Source of the DNA: Azolla caroliniana
Taxonomy: Eukaryota; Plantae; Polypodiophyta
Assembly (NCBI GenBank): GCA_043228905.1
Contig: JBHGNT010000364.1
Location: 1 to 31,233, forward strand
Direction: 5' to 3'
Length of the DNA stretch: 31,233 nucleotides
Shown here: positions 8,154 to 20,552 of the stretch, piece by piece
How positions within the stretch are numbered: position 1 is the first letter of the stretch
Layout of the letters: each line of letters begins with the position of its first letter
The notes under the pieces: generated by a model
The model's database searches: none
Told to the model about the DNA's origin: nothing
What the model saw: the letters and a program-made list of their open reading frames with translations, nothing else
Position numbers and translations under genes: made by a program

Positions 8154-8995
8154 ATAGTACATAAACCTTGTTCAAATTATTCTCGTGGTCTCTCTCTAAT
8201 TTCTCGTAAGTGTTTACGAACAAGTGCGTCTCCCCAATCGCGCATTACACCCACACGAACGTAAACACGAGCACCAACGTCCCTCCAACACGAACGTAAA
8301 CACGAGCACCAACGCATAGAATTTGCCTATAGGGACCGCAAACCACCCAAACGGAAAAGAAAACATCAAAGCAGGACACCCATACCGCACACGCCACGGC
8401 AACGGCTAAGGCTAAGGTCAACTTGTACACGCGGCGAATGTGAACTTGCTTCCACACTTGCCCGATAGGACACTCCTAGTGTGGTAGTCCGGTTAGCTTT
8501 CCTTGTCGTCGTCGTTACCAACCCCTCGTCCGTCCGAACGAGCGAGTACGGACACCGGTCTATCTACGTTCATCGATGTAGCACACTCGGGAGCCACCAC
8601 TCGTCCCGCAGTAGCCTCCGCGTGAGTTTAATGTGCACGTGCCCGCACACCCCTACGCGCACGCGCGAGTGCGCACATTTACCTATGTATGTATAAATGT
8701 TATGTTGCTCGACAAGCTCTCGCGCGAGGAGGAGGAGTACCCGCTACAGGTTGCGCCCAGATTGTCTGGTGACAATACGACACCTAGGACTAGCCTAGAC
8801 GTGTGGGAGGGTGGACTAGTTGGTATGGGTCTTGGGCAAGAGTTGTACGCAGGACACACACGTTATGGTAATGGGAGTGGTGAGTGACATGCATGTGCTC
8901 TGATTGCATGGCCATGTGTATATATTAAAGGTGGAGGGAGCAATGTCAATACAATCCATTAGGAGACAAGCACCGGGATCATAAGGACAATCGCA

Positions 8996-9781
8996 ATGGC
9001 AAAGCTTACTTCCGTATTCCTCATGGCCGTGATCATGCTCGCCGCGTGTACCGCGGCCAATGCTAGGTCTGTAGGGCGGGACCGTGAAGAGGAGCGACGC
9101 GATCGACGTCGTGAGGGAGACATTGACGAGGAGAGGCGCGATCGACGCCGAGAGGGGGAGTGCGATGACGAGAGGCGCGAGCGACGTCGTGAGGGGTTCC
9201 TTGAGGAGGGGCGCCGCTACAGAGACAACAAGAGAGACTCCGAAGAGGAAAGGGAACGTCGTAGCCGTGGTCGCGATGAGCCACGTGACGAGGAACTGAG
9301 GCGAGAGTGCGGTGATTTCATCGACAAGCAGATCCGAGAGCTACAAGAGCGCTCCGAAAGAGAGGAAGGTGAACAAGGACGTCGCTCCCCATGGATCGAA
9401 AACACTCGATACTCAAGACCCTCGGAACGGTGCTGCAGGAACGTCGAACGAATCCCCGCCGAAGATCGATGCGATCGCCTACGTGATGCCTTGTATGCTG
9501 ACGAGGAGGAACGACGCAATGATGAAGGCCGACGCCATGGCCAACAATCAAGGGAACACCGTAGCTGGGAGGAAGAGGACGGGGAGCGCGAGAGAGATAG
9601 CAGCCGTGAGCGACGAGAGGGTGACGAACGCCGCCACCGCATGTCTCGACGACAAGAGGACGAACGTCAACAACGTCGCCAATTCAAGGCCGATGACGAG
9701 GAAAGAGCTCTAGGCGTCGCCGCCTCCCGCCTACTCCAACAGTGCGATCTTCGCCCTCGTGCTTGTATTCGTCGCTTCTAA
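8996..9781 (+). CDS. 2S-albumin-like storage protein precursor, copy 6 (G196; 27-bp upstream deletion)
   Basis: Same ORF, G196 allele. Confidence 0.85.
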   Translation: MAKLTSVFLMAVIMLAACTAANARSVGRDREEERRDRRREGDIDEERRDRRREGECDDERRERRREGFLEEGRRYRDNKRDSEEERERRSRGRDEPRDEELRRECGDFIDKQIRELQERSEREEGEQGRRSPWIENTRYSRPSERCCRNVERIPAEDRCDRLRDALYADEEERRNDEGRRHGQQSREHRSWEEEDGERERDSSRERREGDERRHRMSRRQEDERQQRRQFKADDEERALGVAASRLLQQCDLRPRACIRRF

Positions 9782-10650
9782 ATAGTACATAAACCTTGTT
9801 CAAATTATTCTCGTGGTCTCTCTCTAATTTCTCGTAAGTGTTTACGAACAAGTGCGTCTCCCCAATCGCGCATTACACCCACACGAACGTAAACACGAGC
9901 ACCAACGTCCCTCCAACACGAACGTAAACACGAGCACCAACGCATAGAATTTGCCTATAGGGACCGCAAACCACCCAAACGGAAAAGAAAACATCAAAGC
10001 AGGACACCCATACCGCACACGCCACGGCAACGGCTAAGGCTAAGGTCAACTTGTACACGCGGCGAATGTGAACTTGCTTCCACACTTGCCCGATAGGACA
10101 CTCCTAGTGTGGTAGTCCGGTTAGCTTTCCTTGTCGTCGTCGTTACCAACCCCTCGTCCGTCCGAACGAGCGAGTACGGACACCGGTCTATCTACGTTCA
10201 TCGATGTAGCACACTCGGGAGCCACCACTCGTCCCGCAGTAGCCTCCGCGTGCTTAGTGTCTCGGCACTAGCGCGTTCTAGTTTAATGTGCACGTGCCCG
10301 CACACCCCTACGCGCACGCGCGAGTGCGCACATTTACCTATGTATGTATAAATGTTATGTTGCTCGACAAGCTCTCGCGCGAGGAGGAGGAGTACCCGCT
10401 ACAGGTTGCGCCCAGATTGTCTGGTGACAATACGACACCTAGGACTAGCCTAGACGTGTGGGAGGGTGGACTAGTTGGTATGGGTCTTGGGCAAGAGTTG
10501 TACGCAGGACACACACGTTATGGTAATGGGAGTGGTGAGTGACATGCATGTGCTCTGATTGCATGGCCATGTGTATATATTAAAGGTGGAGGGAGCAATG
10601 TCAATACAATCCATTAGGAGACAAGCACCGGGATCATAAGGACAATCGCA

Positions 10651-11436
10651 ATGGCAAAGCTTACTTCCGTATTCCTCATGGCCGTGATCATGCTCGCCGC
10701 GTGTACCGCGGCCAATGCTAGGTCTGTAGGGCGGGACCGTGAAGAGGAGCGACGCGATCGACGTCGTGAGGGAGACATTGACGAGGAGAGGCGCGATCGA
10801 CGCCGAGAGGGGGAGTGCGATGACGAGAGGCGCGAGCGACGTCGTGAGGGGTTCCTTGAGGAGGGGCGCCGCTACAGAGACAACAAGAGAGACTCCGAAG
10901 AGGAAAGGGAACGTCGTAGCCGTGGTCGCGATGAGCCACGTGACGAGGAACTGAGGCGAGAGTGCGGTGATTTCATCGACAAGCAGATCCGAGAGCTACA
11001 AGAGCGCTCCGAAAGAGAGGAAGGTGAACAAGGACGTCGCTCCCCATGGATCGAAAACACTCGATACTCAAGACCCTCGGAACGGTGCTGCAGGAACGTC
11101 GAACGAATCCCCGCCGAAGATCGATGCGATCGCCTACGTGATGCCTTGTATGCTGACGAGGAGGAACGACGCAATGATGAAGGCCGACGCCATGGCCAAC
11201 AATCAAGGGAACACCGTAGCTGGGAGGAAGAGGACGGGGAGCGCGAGAGAGATAGCAGCCGTGAGCGACGAGAGGGTGACGAACGCCGCCACCGCATGTC
11301 TCGACGACAAGAGGACGAACGTCAACAACGTCGCCAATTCAAGGCCGATGACGAGGAAAGAGCTCTAGGCGTCGCCGCCTCCCGCCTACTCCAACAGTGC
11401 GATCTTCGCCCTCGTGCTTGTATTCGTCGCTTCTAA
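10651..11436 (+). CDS. 2S-albumin-like storage protein precursor, copy 7 (G196)
   Basis: Same ORF, G196 allele. Confidence 0.85.
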   Translation: MAKLTSVFLMAVIMLAACTAANARSVGRDREEERRDRRREGDIDEERRDRRREGECDDERRERRREGFLEEGRRYRDNKRDSEEERERRSRGRDEPRDEELRRECGDFIDKQIRELQERSEREEGEQGRRSPWIENTRYSRPSERCCRNVERIPAEDRCDRLRDALYADEEERRNDEGRRHGQQSREHRSWEEEDGERERDSSRERREGDERRHRMSRRQEDERQQRRQFKADDEERALGVAASRLLQQCDLRPRACIRRF

Positions 11437-12305
11437 ATAGTACATAAACCTTGTTCAAATTATTCTCGTGGTCTCTCTCTAATTTCTCGTAAGTGTTTAC
11501 GAACAAGTGCGTCTCCCCAATCGCGCATTACACCCACACGAACGTAAACACGAGCACCAACGTCCCTCCAACACGAACGTAAACACGAGCACCAACGCAT
11601 AGAATTTGCCTATAGGGACCGCAAACCACCCAAACGGAAAAGAAAACATCAAAGCAGGACACCCATACCGCACACGCCACGGCAACGGCTAAGGCTAAGG
11701 TCAACTTGTACACGCGGCGAATGTGAACTTGCTTCCACACTTGCCCGATAGGACACTCCTAGTGTGGTAGTCCGGTTAGCTTTCCTTGTCGTCGTCGTTA
11801 CCAACCCCTCGTCCGTCCGAACGAGCGAGTACGGACACCGGTCTATCTACGTTCATCGATGTAGCACACTCGGGAGCCACCACTCGTCCCGCAGTAGCCT
11901 CCGCGTGCTTAGTGTCTCGGCACTAGCGCGTTCTAGTTTAATGTGCACGTGCCCGCACACCCCTACGCGCACGCGCGAGTGCGCACATTTACCTATGTAT
12001 GTATAAATGTTATGTTGCTCGACAAGCTCTCGCGCGAGGAGGAGGAGTACCCGCTACAGGTTGCGCCCAGATTGTCTGGTGACAATACGACACCTAGGAC
12101 TAGCCTAGACGTGTGGGAGGGTGGACTAGTTGGTATGGGTCTTGGGCAAGAGTTGTACGCAGGACACACACGTTATGGTAATGGGAGTGGTGAGTGACAT
12201 GCATGTGCTCTGATTGCATGGCCATGTGTATATATTAAAGGTGGAGGGAGCAATGTCAATACAATCCATTAGGAGACAAGCACCGGGATCATAAGGACAA
12301 TCGCA

Positions 12306-13091
12306 ATGGCAAAGCTTACTTCCGTATTCCTCATGGCCGTGATCATGCTCGCCGCGTGTACCGCGGCCAATGCTAGGTCTGTAGGGCGGGACCGTGAAGA
12401 GGAGCGACGCGATCGACGTCGTGAGGGAGACATTGACGAGGAGAGGCGCGATCGACGCCGAGAGGGGGAGTGCGATGACGAGAGGCGCGAGCGACGTCGT
12501 GAGGGGTTCCTTGAGGAGGGGCGCCGCTACAGAGACAACAAGAGAGACTCCGAAGAGGAAAGGGAACGTCGTAGCCGTGGTCGCGATGAGCCACGTGACG
12601 AGGAACTGAGGCGAGAGTGCGGTGATTTCATCGACAAGCAGATCCGAGAGCTACAAGAGCGCTCCGAAAGAGAGGAAGGTGAACAAGGACGTCGCTCCCC
12701 ATGGATCGAAAACACTCGATACTCAAGACCCTCGGAACGGTGCTGCAGGAACGTCGAACGAATCCCCGCCGAAGATCGATGCGATCGCCTACGTGATGCC
12801 TTGTATGCTGACGAGGAGGAACGACGCAATGATGAAGGCCGACGCCATGGCCAACAATCAAGGGAACACCGTAGCTGGGAGGAAGAGGACGGGGAGCGCG
12901 AGAGAGATAGCAGCCGTGAGCGACGAGAGGGTGACGAACGCCGCCACCGCATGTCTCGACGACAAGAGGACGAACGTCAACAACGTCGCCAATTCAAGGC
13001 CGATGACGAGGAAAGAGCTCTAGGCGTCGCCGCCTCCCGCCTACTCCAACAGTGCGATCTTCGCCCTCGTGCTTGTATTCGTCGCTTCTAA
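12306..13091 (+). CDS. 2S-albumin-like storage protein precursor, copy 8 (G196)
   Basis: Same ORF, G196 allele. Confidence 0.85.
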   Translation: MAKLTSVFLMAVIMLAACTAANARSVGRDREEERRDRRREGDIDEERRDRRREGECDDERRERRREGFLEEGRRYRDNKRDSEEERERRSRGRDEPRDEELRRECGDFIDKQIRELQERSEREEGEQGRRSPWIENTRYSRPSERCCRNVERIPAEDRCDRLRDALYADEEERRNDEGRRHGQQSREHRSWEEEDGERERDSSRERREGDERRHRMSRRQEDERQQRRQFKADDEERALGVAASRLLQQCDLRPRACIRRF

Positions 13092-13960
13092 ATAGTACAT
13101 AAACCTTGTTCAAATTATTCTCGTGGTCTCTCTCTAATTTCTCGTAAGTGTTTACGAACAAGTGCGTCTCCCCAATCGCGCATTACACCCACACGAACGT
13201 AAACACGAGCACCAACGTCCCTCCAACACGAACGTAAACACGAGCACCAACGCATAGAATTTGCCTATAGGGACCGCAAACCACCCAAACGGAAAAGAAA
13301 ACATCAAAGCAGGACACCCATACCGCACACGCCACGGCAACGGCTAAGGCTAAGGTCAACTTGTACACGCGGCGAATGTGAACTTGCTTCCACACTTGCC
13401 CGATAGGACACTCCTAGTGTGGTAGTCCGGTTAGCTTTCCTTGTCGTCGTCGTTACCAACCCCTCGTCCGTCCGAACGAGCGAGTACGGACACCGGTCTA
13501 TCTACGTTCATCGATGTAGCACACTCGGGAGCCACCACTCGTCCCGCAGTAGCCTCCGCGTGCTTAGTGTCTCGGCACTAGCGCGTTCTAGTTTAATGTG
13601 CACGTGCCCGCACACCCCTACGCGCACGCGCGAGTGCGCACATTTACCTATGTATGTATAAATGTTATGTTGCTCGACAAGCTCTCGCGCGAGGAGGAGG
13701 AGTACCCGCTACAGGTTGCGCCCAGATTGTCTGGTGACAATACGACACCTAGGACTAGCCTAGACGTGTGGGAGGGTGGACTAGTTGGTATGGGTCTTGG
13801 GCAAGAGTTGTACGCAGGACACACACGTTATGGTAATGGGAGTGGTGAGTGACATGCATGTGCTCTGATTGCATGGCCATGTGTATATATTAAAGGTGGA
13901 GGGAGCAATGTCAATACAATCCATTAGGAGACAAGCACCGGGATCATAAGGACAATCGCA

Positions 13961-14746
13961 ATGGCAAAGCTTACTTCCGTATTCCTCATGGCCGTGATCA
14001 TGCTCGCCGCGTGTACCGCGGCCAATGCTAGGTCTGTAGGGCGGGACCGTGAAGAGGAGCGACGCGATCGACGTCGTGAGGGAGACATTGACGAGGAGAG
14101 GCGCGATCGACGCCGAGAGGGGGAGTGCGATGACGAGAGGCGCGAGCGACGTCGTGAGGGGTTCCTTGAGGAGGGGCGCCGCTACAGAGACAACAAGAGA
14201 GACTCCGAAGAGGAAAGGGAACGTCGTAGCCGTGGTCGCGATGAGCCACGTGACGAGGAACTGAGGCGAGAGTGCGGTGATTTCATCGACAAGCAGATCC
14301 GAGAGCTACAAGAGCGCTCCGAAAGAGAGGAAGGTGAACAAGGACGTCGCTCCCCATGGATCGAAAACACTCGATACTCAAGACCCTCGGAACGGTGCTG
14401 CAGGAACGTCGAACGAATCCCCGCCGAAGATCGATGCGATCGCCTACGTGATGCCTTGTATGCTGACGAGGAGGAACGACGCAATGATGAAGGCCGACGC
14501 CATGGCCAACAATCAAGGGAACACCGTAGCTGGGAGGAAGAGGACGGGGAGCGCGAGAGAGATAGCAGCCGTGAGCGACGAGAGGGTGACGAACGCCGCC
14601 ACCGCATGTCTCGACGACAAGAGGACGAACGTCAACAACGTCGCCAATTCAAGGCCGATGACGAGGAAAGAGCTCTAGGCGTCGCCGCCTCCCGCCTACT
14701 CCAACAGTGCGATCTTCGCCCTCGTGCTTGTATTCGTCGCTTCTAA
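13961..14746 (+). CDS. 2S-albumin-like storage protein precursor, copy 9 (G196)
   Basis: Same ORF, G196 allele. Confidence 0.85.
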   Translation: MAKLTSVFLMAVIMLAACTAANARSVGRDREEERRDRRREGDIDEERRDRRREGECDDERRERRREGFLEEGRRYRDNKRDSEEERERRSRGRDEPRDEELRRECGDFIDKQIRELQERSEREEGEQGRRSPWIENTRYSRPSERCCRNVERIPAEDRCDRLRDALYADEEERRNDEGRRHGQQSREHRSWEEEDGERERDSSRERREGDERRHRMSRRQEDERQQRRQFKADDEERALGVAASRLLQQCDLRPRACIRRF

Positions 14747-15615
14747 ATAGTACATAAACCTTGTTCAAATTATTCTCGTGGTCTCTCTCTAATTTCTCGT
14801 AAGTGTTTACGAACAAGTGCGTCTCCCCAATCGCGCATTACACCCACACGAACGTAAACACGAGCACCAACGTCCCTCCAACACGAACGTAAACACGAGC
14901 ACCAACGCATAGAATTTGCCTATAGGGACCGCAAACCACCCAAACGGAAAAGAAAACATCAAAGCAGGACACCCATACCGCACACGCCACGGCAACGGCT
15001 AAGGCTAAGGTCAACTTGTACACGCGGCGAATGTGAACTTGCTTCCACACTTGCCCGATAGGACACTCCTAGTGTGGTAGTCCGGTTAGCTTTCCTTGTC
15101 GTCGTCGTTACCAACCCCTCGTCCGTCCGAACGAGCGAGTACGGACACCGGTCTATCTACGTTCATCGATGTAGCACACTCGGGAGCCACCACTCGTCCC
15201 GCAGTAGCCTCCGCGTGCTTAGTGTCTCGGCACTAGCGCGTTCTAGTTTAATGTGCACGTGCCCGCACACCCCTACGCGCACGCGCGAGTGCGCACATTT
15301 ACCTATGTATGTATAAATGTTATGTTGCTCGACAAGCTCTCGCGCGAGGAGGAGGAGTACCCGCTACAGGTTGCGCCCAGATTGTCTGGTGACAATACGA
15401 CACCTAGGACTAGCCTAGACGTGTGGGAGGGTGGACTAGTTGGTATGGGTCTTGGGCAAGAGTTGTACGCAGGACACACACGTTATGGTAATGGGAGTGG
15501 TGAGTGACATGCATGTGCTCTGATTGCATGGCCATGTGTATATATTAAAGGTGGAGGGAGCAATGTCAATACAATCCATTAGGAGACAAGCACCGGGATC
15601 ATAAGGACAATCGCA

Positions 15616-16401
15616 ATGGCAAAGCTTACTTCCGTATTCCTCATGGCCGTGATCATGCTCGCCGCGTGTACCGCGGCCAATGCTAGGTCTGTAGGGCGGG
15701 ACCGTGAAGAGGAGCGACGCGATCGACGTCGTGAGGGAGACATTGACGAGGAGAGGCGCGATCGACGCCGAGAGGGGGAGTGCGATGACGAGAGGCGCGA
15801 GCGACGTCGTGAGGGGTTCCTTGAGGAGGGGCGCCGCTACAGAGACAACAAGAGAGACTCCGAAGAGGAAAGGGAACGTCGTAGCCGTGGTCGCGATGAG
15901 CCACGTGACGAGGAACTGAGGCGAGAGTGCGGTGATTTCATCGACAAGCAGATCCGAGAGCTACAAGAGCGCTCCGAAAGAGAGGAAGGTGAACAAGGAC
16001 GTCGCTCCCCATGGATCGAAAACACTCGATACTCAAGACCCTCGGAACGGTGCTGCAGGAACGTCGAACGAATCCCCGCCGAAGATCGATGCGATCGCCT
16101 ACGTGATGCCTTGTATGCTGACGAGGAGGAACGACGCAATGATGAAGGCCGACGCCATGGCCAACAATCAAGGGAACACCGTAGCTGGGAGGAAGAGGAC
16201 GGGGAGCGCGAGAGAGATAGCAGCCGTGAGCGACGAGAGGGTGACGAACGCCGCCACCGCATGTCTCGACGACAAGAGGACGAACGTCAACAACGTCGCC
16301 AATTCAAGGCCGATGACGAGGAAAGAGCTCTAGGCGTCGCCGCCTCCCGCCTACTCCAACAGTGCGATCTTCGCCCTCGTGCTTGTATTCGTCGCTTCTA
16401 A
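15616..16401 (+). CDS. 2S-albumin-like storage protein precursor, copy 10 (G196)
   Basis: Same ORF, G196 allele. Confidence 0.85.
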   Translation: MAKLTSVFLMAVIMLAACTAANARSVGRDREEERRDRRREGDIDEERRDRRREGECDDERRERRREGFLEEGRRYRDNKRDSEEERERRSRGRDEPRDEELRRECGDFIDKQIRELQERSEREEGEQGRRSPWIENTRYSRPSERCCRNVERIPAEDRCDRLRDALYADEEERRNDEGRRHGQQSREHRSWEEEDGERERDSSRERREGDERRHRMSRRQEDERQQRRQFKADDEERALGVAASRLLQQCDLRPRACIRRF

Positions 16402-17270
16402 ATAGTACATAAACCTTGTTCAAATTATTCTCGTGGTCTCTCTCTAATTTCTCGTAAGTGTTTACGAACAAGTGCGTCTCCCCAATCGCGCATTACACCC
16501 ACACGAACGTAAACACGAGCACCAACGTCCCTCCAACACGAACGTAAACACGAGCACCAACGCATAGAATTTGCCTATAGGGACCGCAAACCACCCAAAC
16601 GGAAAAGAAAACATCAAAGCAGGACACCCATACCGCACACGCCACGGCAACGGCTAAGGCTAAGGTCAACTTGTACACGCGGCGAATGTGAACTTGCTTC
16701 CACACTTGCCCGATAGGACACTCCTAGTGTGGTAGTCCGGTTAGCTTTCCTTGTCGTCGTCGTTACCAACCCCTCGTCCGTCCGAACGAGCGAGTACGGA
16801 CACCGGTCTATCTACGTTCATCGATGTAGCACACTCGGGAGCCACCACTCGTCCCGCAGTAGCCTCCGCGTGCTTAGTGTCTCGGCACTAGCGCGTTCTA
16901 GTTTAATGTGCACGTGCCCGCACACCCCTACGCGCACGCGCGAGTGCGCACATTTACCTATGTATGTATAAATGTTATGTTGCTCGACAAGCTCTCGCGC
17001 GAGGAGGAGGAGTACCCGCTACAGGTTGCGCCCAGATTGTCTGGTGACAATACGACACCTAGGACTAGCCTAGACGTGTGGGAGGGTGGACTAGTTGGTA
17101 TGGGTCTTGGGCAAGAGTTGTACGCAGGACACACACGTTATGGTAATGGGAGTGGTGAGTGACATGCATGTGCTCTGATTGCATGGCCATGTGTATATAT
17201 TAAAGGTGGAGGGAGCAATGTCAATACAATCCATTAGGAGACAAGCACCGGGATCATAAGGACAATCGCA

Positions 17271-18056
17271 ATGGCAAAGCTTACTTCCGTATTCCTCATG
17301 GCCGTGATCATGCTCGCCGCGTGTACCGCGGCCAATGCTAGGTCTGTAGGGCGGGACCGTGAAGAGGAGCGACGCGATCGACGTCGTGAGGGAGACATTG
17401 ACGAGGAGAGGCGCGATCGACGCCGAGAGGGGGAGTGCGATGACGAGAGGCGCGAGCGACGTCGTGAGGGGTTCCTTGAGGAGGGGCGCCGCTACAGAGA
17501 CAACAAGAGAGACTCCGAAGAGGAAAGGGAACGTCGTAGCCGTGGTCGCGATGAGCCACGTGACGAGGAACTGAGGCGAGAGTGCGGTGATTTCATCGAC
17601 AAGCAGATCCGAGAGCTACAAGAGCGCTCCGAAAGAGAGGAAGGTGAACAAGGACGTCGCTCCCCATGGATCGAAAACACTCGATACTCAAGACCCTCGG
17701 AACGGTGCTGCAGGAACGTCGAACGAATCCCCGCCGAAGATCGATGCGATCGCCTACGTGATGCCTTGTATGCTGACGAGGAGGAACGACGCAATGATGA
17801 AGGCCGACGCCATGGCCAACAATCAAGGGAACACCGTAGCTGGGAGGAAGAGGACGGGGAGCGCGAGAGAGATAGCAGCCGTGAGCGACGAGAGGGTGAC
17901 GAACGCCGCCACCGCATGTCTCGACGACAAGAGGACGAACGTCAACAACGTCGCCAATTCAAGGCCGATGACGAGGAAAGAGCTCTAGGCGTCGCCGCCT
18001 CCCGCCTACTCCAACAGTGCGATCTTCGCCCTCGTGCTTGTATTCGTCGCTTCTAA
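17271..18056 (+). CDS. 2S-albumin-like storage protein precursor, copy 11 (G196)
   Basis: Same ORF, G196 allele. Confidence 0.85.
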   Translation: MAKLTSVFLMAVIMLAACTAANARSVGRDREEERRDRRREGDIDEERRDRRREGECDDERRERRREGFLEEGRRYRDNKRDSEEERERRSRGRDEPRDEELRRECGDFIDKQIRELQERSEREEGEQGRRSPWIENTRYSRPSERCCRNVERIPAEDRCDRLRDALYADEEERRNDEGRRHGQQSREHRSWEEEDGERERDSSRERREGDERRHRMSRRQEDERQQRRQFKADDEERALGVAASRLLQQCDLRPRACIRRF

Positions 18057-18925
18057 ATAGTACATAAACCTTGTTCAAATTATTCTCGTGGTCTCTCTCT
18101 AATTTCTCGTAAGTGTTTACGAACAAGTGCGTCTCCCCAATCGCGCATTACACCCACACGAACGTAAACACGAGCACCAACGTCCCTCCAACACGAACGT
18201 AAACACGAGCACCAACGCATAGAATTTGCCTATAGGGACCGCAAACCACCCAAACGGAAAAGAAAACATCAAAGCAGGACACCCATACCGCACACGCCAC
18301 GGCAACGGCTAAGGCTAAGGTCAACTTGTACACGCGGCGAATGTGAACTTGCTTCCACACTTGCCCGATAGGACACTCCTAGTGTGGTAGTCCGGTTAGC
18401 TTTCCTTGTCGTCGTCGTTACCAACCCCTCGTCCGTCCGAACGAGCGAGTACGGACACCGGTCTATCTACGTTCATCGATGTAGCACACTCGGGAGCCAC
18501 CACTCGTCCCGCAGTAGCCTCCGCGTGCTTAGTGTCTCGGCACTAGCGCGTTCTAGTTTAATGTGCACGTGCCCGCACACCCCTACGCGCACGCGCGAGT
18601 GCGCACATTTACCTATGTATGTATAAATGTTATGTTGCTCGACAAGCTCTCGCGCGAGGAGGAGGAGTACCCGCTACAGGTTGCGCCCAGATTGTCTGGT
18701 GACAATACGACACCTAGGACTAGCCTAGACGTGTGGGAGGGTGGACTAGTTGGTATGGGTCTTGGGCAAGAGTTGTACGCAGGACACACACGTTATGGTA
18801 ATGGGAGTGGTGAGTGACATGCATGTGCTCTGATTGCATGGCCATGTGTATATATTAAAGGTGGAGGGAGCAATGTCAATACAATCCATTAGGAGACAAG
18901 CACCGGGATCATAAGGACAATCGCA

Positions 18926-19711
18926 ATGGCAAAGCTTACTTCCGTATTCCTCATGGCCGTGATCATGCTCGCCGCGTGTACCGCGGCCAATGCTAGGTCT
19001 GTAGGGCGGGACCGTGAAGAGGAGCGACGCGATCGACGTCGTGAGGGAGACATTGACGAGGAGAGGCGCGATCGACGCCGAGAGGGGGAGTGCGATGACG
19101 AGAGGCGCGAGCGACGTCGTGAGGGGTTCCTTGAGGAGGGGCGCCGCTACAGAGACAACAAGAGAGACTCCGAAGAGGAAAGGGAACGTCGTAGCCGTGG
19201 TCGCGATGAGCCACGTGACGAGGAACTGAGGCGAGAGTGCGGTGATTTCATCGACAAGCAGATCCGAGAGCTACAAGAGCGCTCCGAAAGAGAGGAAGGT
19301 GAACAAGGACGTCGCTCCCCATGGATCGAAAACACTCGATACTCAAGACCCTCGGAACGGTGCTGCAGGAACGTCGAACGAATCCCCGCCGAAGATCGAT
19401 GCGATCGCCTACGTGATGCCTTGTATGCTGACGAGGAGGAACGACGCAATGATGAAGGCCGACGCCATGGCCAACAATCAAGGGAACACCGTAGCTGGGA
19501 GGAAGAGGACGAGGAGCGCGAGAGAGATAGCAGCCGTGAGCGACGAGAGGGTGACGAACGCCGCCACCGCATGTCTCGACGACAAGAGGACGAACGTCAA
19601 CAACGTCGCCAATTCAAGGCCGATGACGAGGAAAGAGCTCTAGGCGTCGCCGCCTCCCGCCTACTCCAACAGTGCGATCTTCGCCCTCGTGCTTGTATTC
19701 GTCGCTTCTAA
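18926..19711 (+). CDS. 2S-albumin-like storage protein precursor, copy 12 (E196)
   Basis: Same 261-aa ORF as copy 1. Confidence 0.85.
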   Translation: MAKLTSVFLMAVIMLAACTAANARSVGRDREEERRDRRREGDIDEERRDRRREGECDDERRERRREGFLEEGRRYRDNKRDSEEERERRSRGRDEPRDEELRRECGDFIDKQIRELQERSEREEGEQGRRSPWIENTRYSRPSERCCRNVERIPAEDRCDRLRDALYADEEERRNDEGRRHGQQSREHRSWEEEDEERERDSSRERREGDERRHRMSRRQEDERQQRRQFKADDEERALGVAASRLLQQCDLRPRACIRRF

Positions 19712-20552
19712 ATAGTACATAAACCTTGTTCAAATTATTCTCGTGGTCTCTCTCTAATTTCTCGTAAGTGTTTACGAACAAGTGCGTCTCCCCAATCGCG
19801 CATTACACCCACACGAACGTAAACACGAGCACCAACGTCCCTCCAACACGAACGTAAACACGAGCACCAACGCATAGAATTTGCCTATAGGGACCGCAAA
19901 CCACCCAAACGGAAAAGAAAACATCAAAGCAGGACACCCATACCGCACACGCCACGGCAACGGCTAAGGCTAAGGTCAACTTGTACACGCGGCGAATGTG
20001 AACTTGCTTCCACACTTGCCCGATAGGACACTCCTAGTGTGGTAGTCCGGTTAGCTTTCCTTGTCGTCGTCGTTACCAACCCCTCGTCCGTCCGAACGAG
20101 CGAGTACGGACACCGGTCTATCTACGTTCATCGATGTAGCACACTCGGGAGCCACCACTCGTCCCGCAGTAGCCTCCGCGTGCTTAGTGTCTCGGCACTA
20201 GCGCGTTCTAGTTTAATGTGCACGTGCCCGCACACCCCTACGCGCACGCGCGAGTGCGCACATTTACCTATGTATGTATAAATGTTATGTTGCTCGACAA
20301 GCTCTCGCGCGAGGAGGAGGAGTACCCGCTACAGGTTGCGCCCAGATTGTCTGGTGACAATACGACACCTAACTAGTTGGTATGGGTCTTGGGCAAGAGT
20401 TGTACGCAGGACACACACGTTATGGTAATGGGAGTGGTGAGTGACATGCATGTGCTCTGATTGCATGGCCATGTGTATATATTAAAGGTGGAGGGAGCAA
20501 TGTCAATACAATCCATTAGGAGACAAGCACCGGGATCATAAGGACAATCGCA

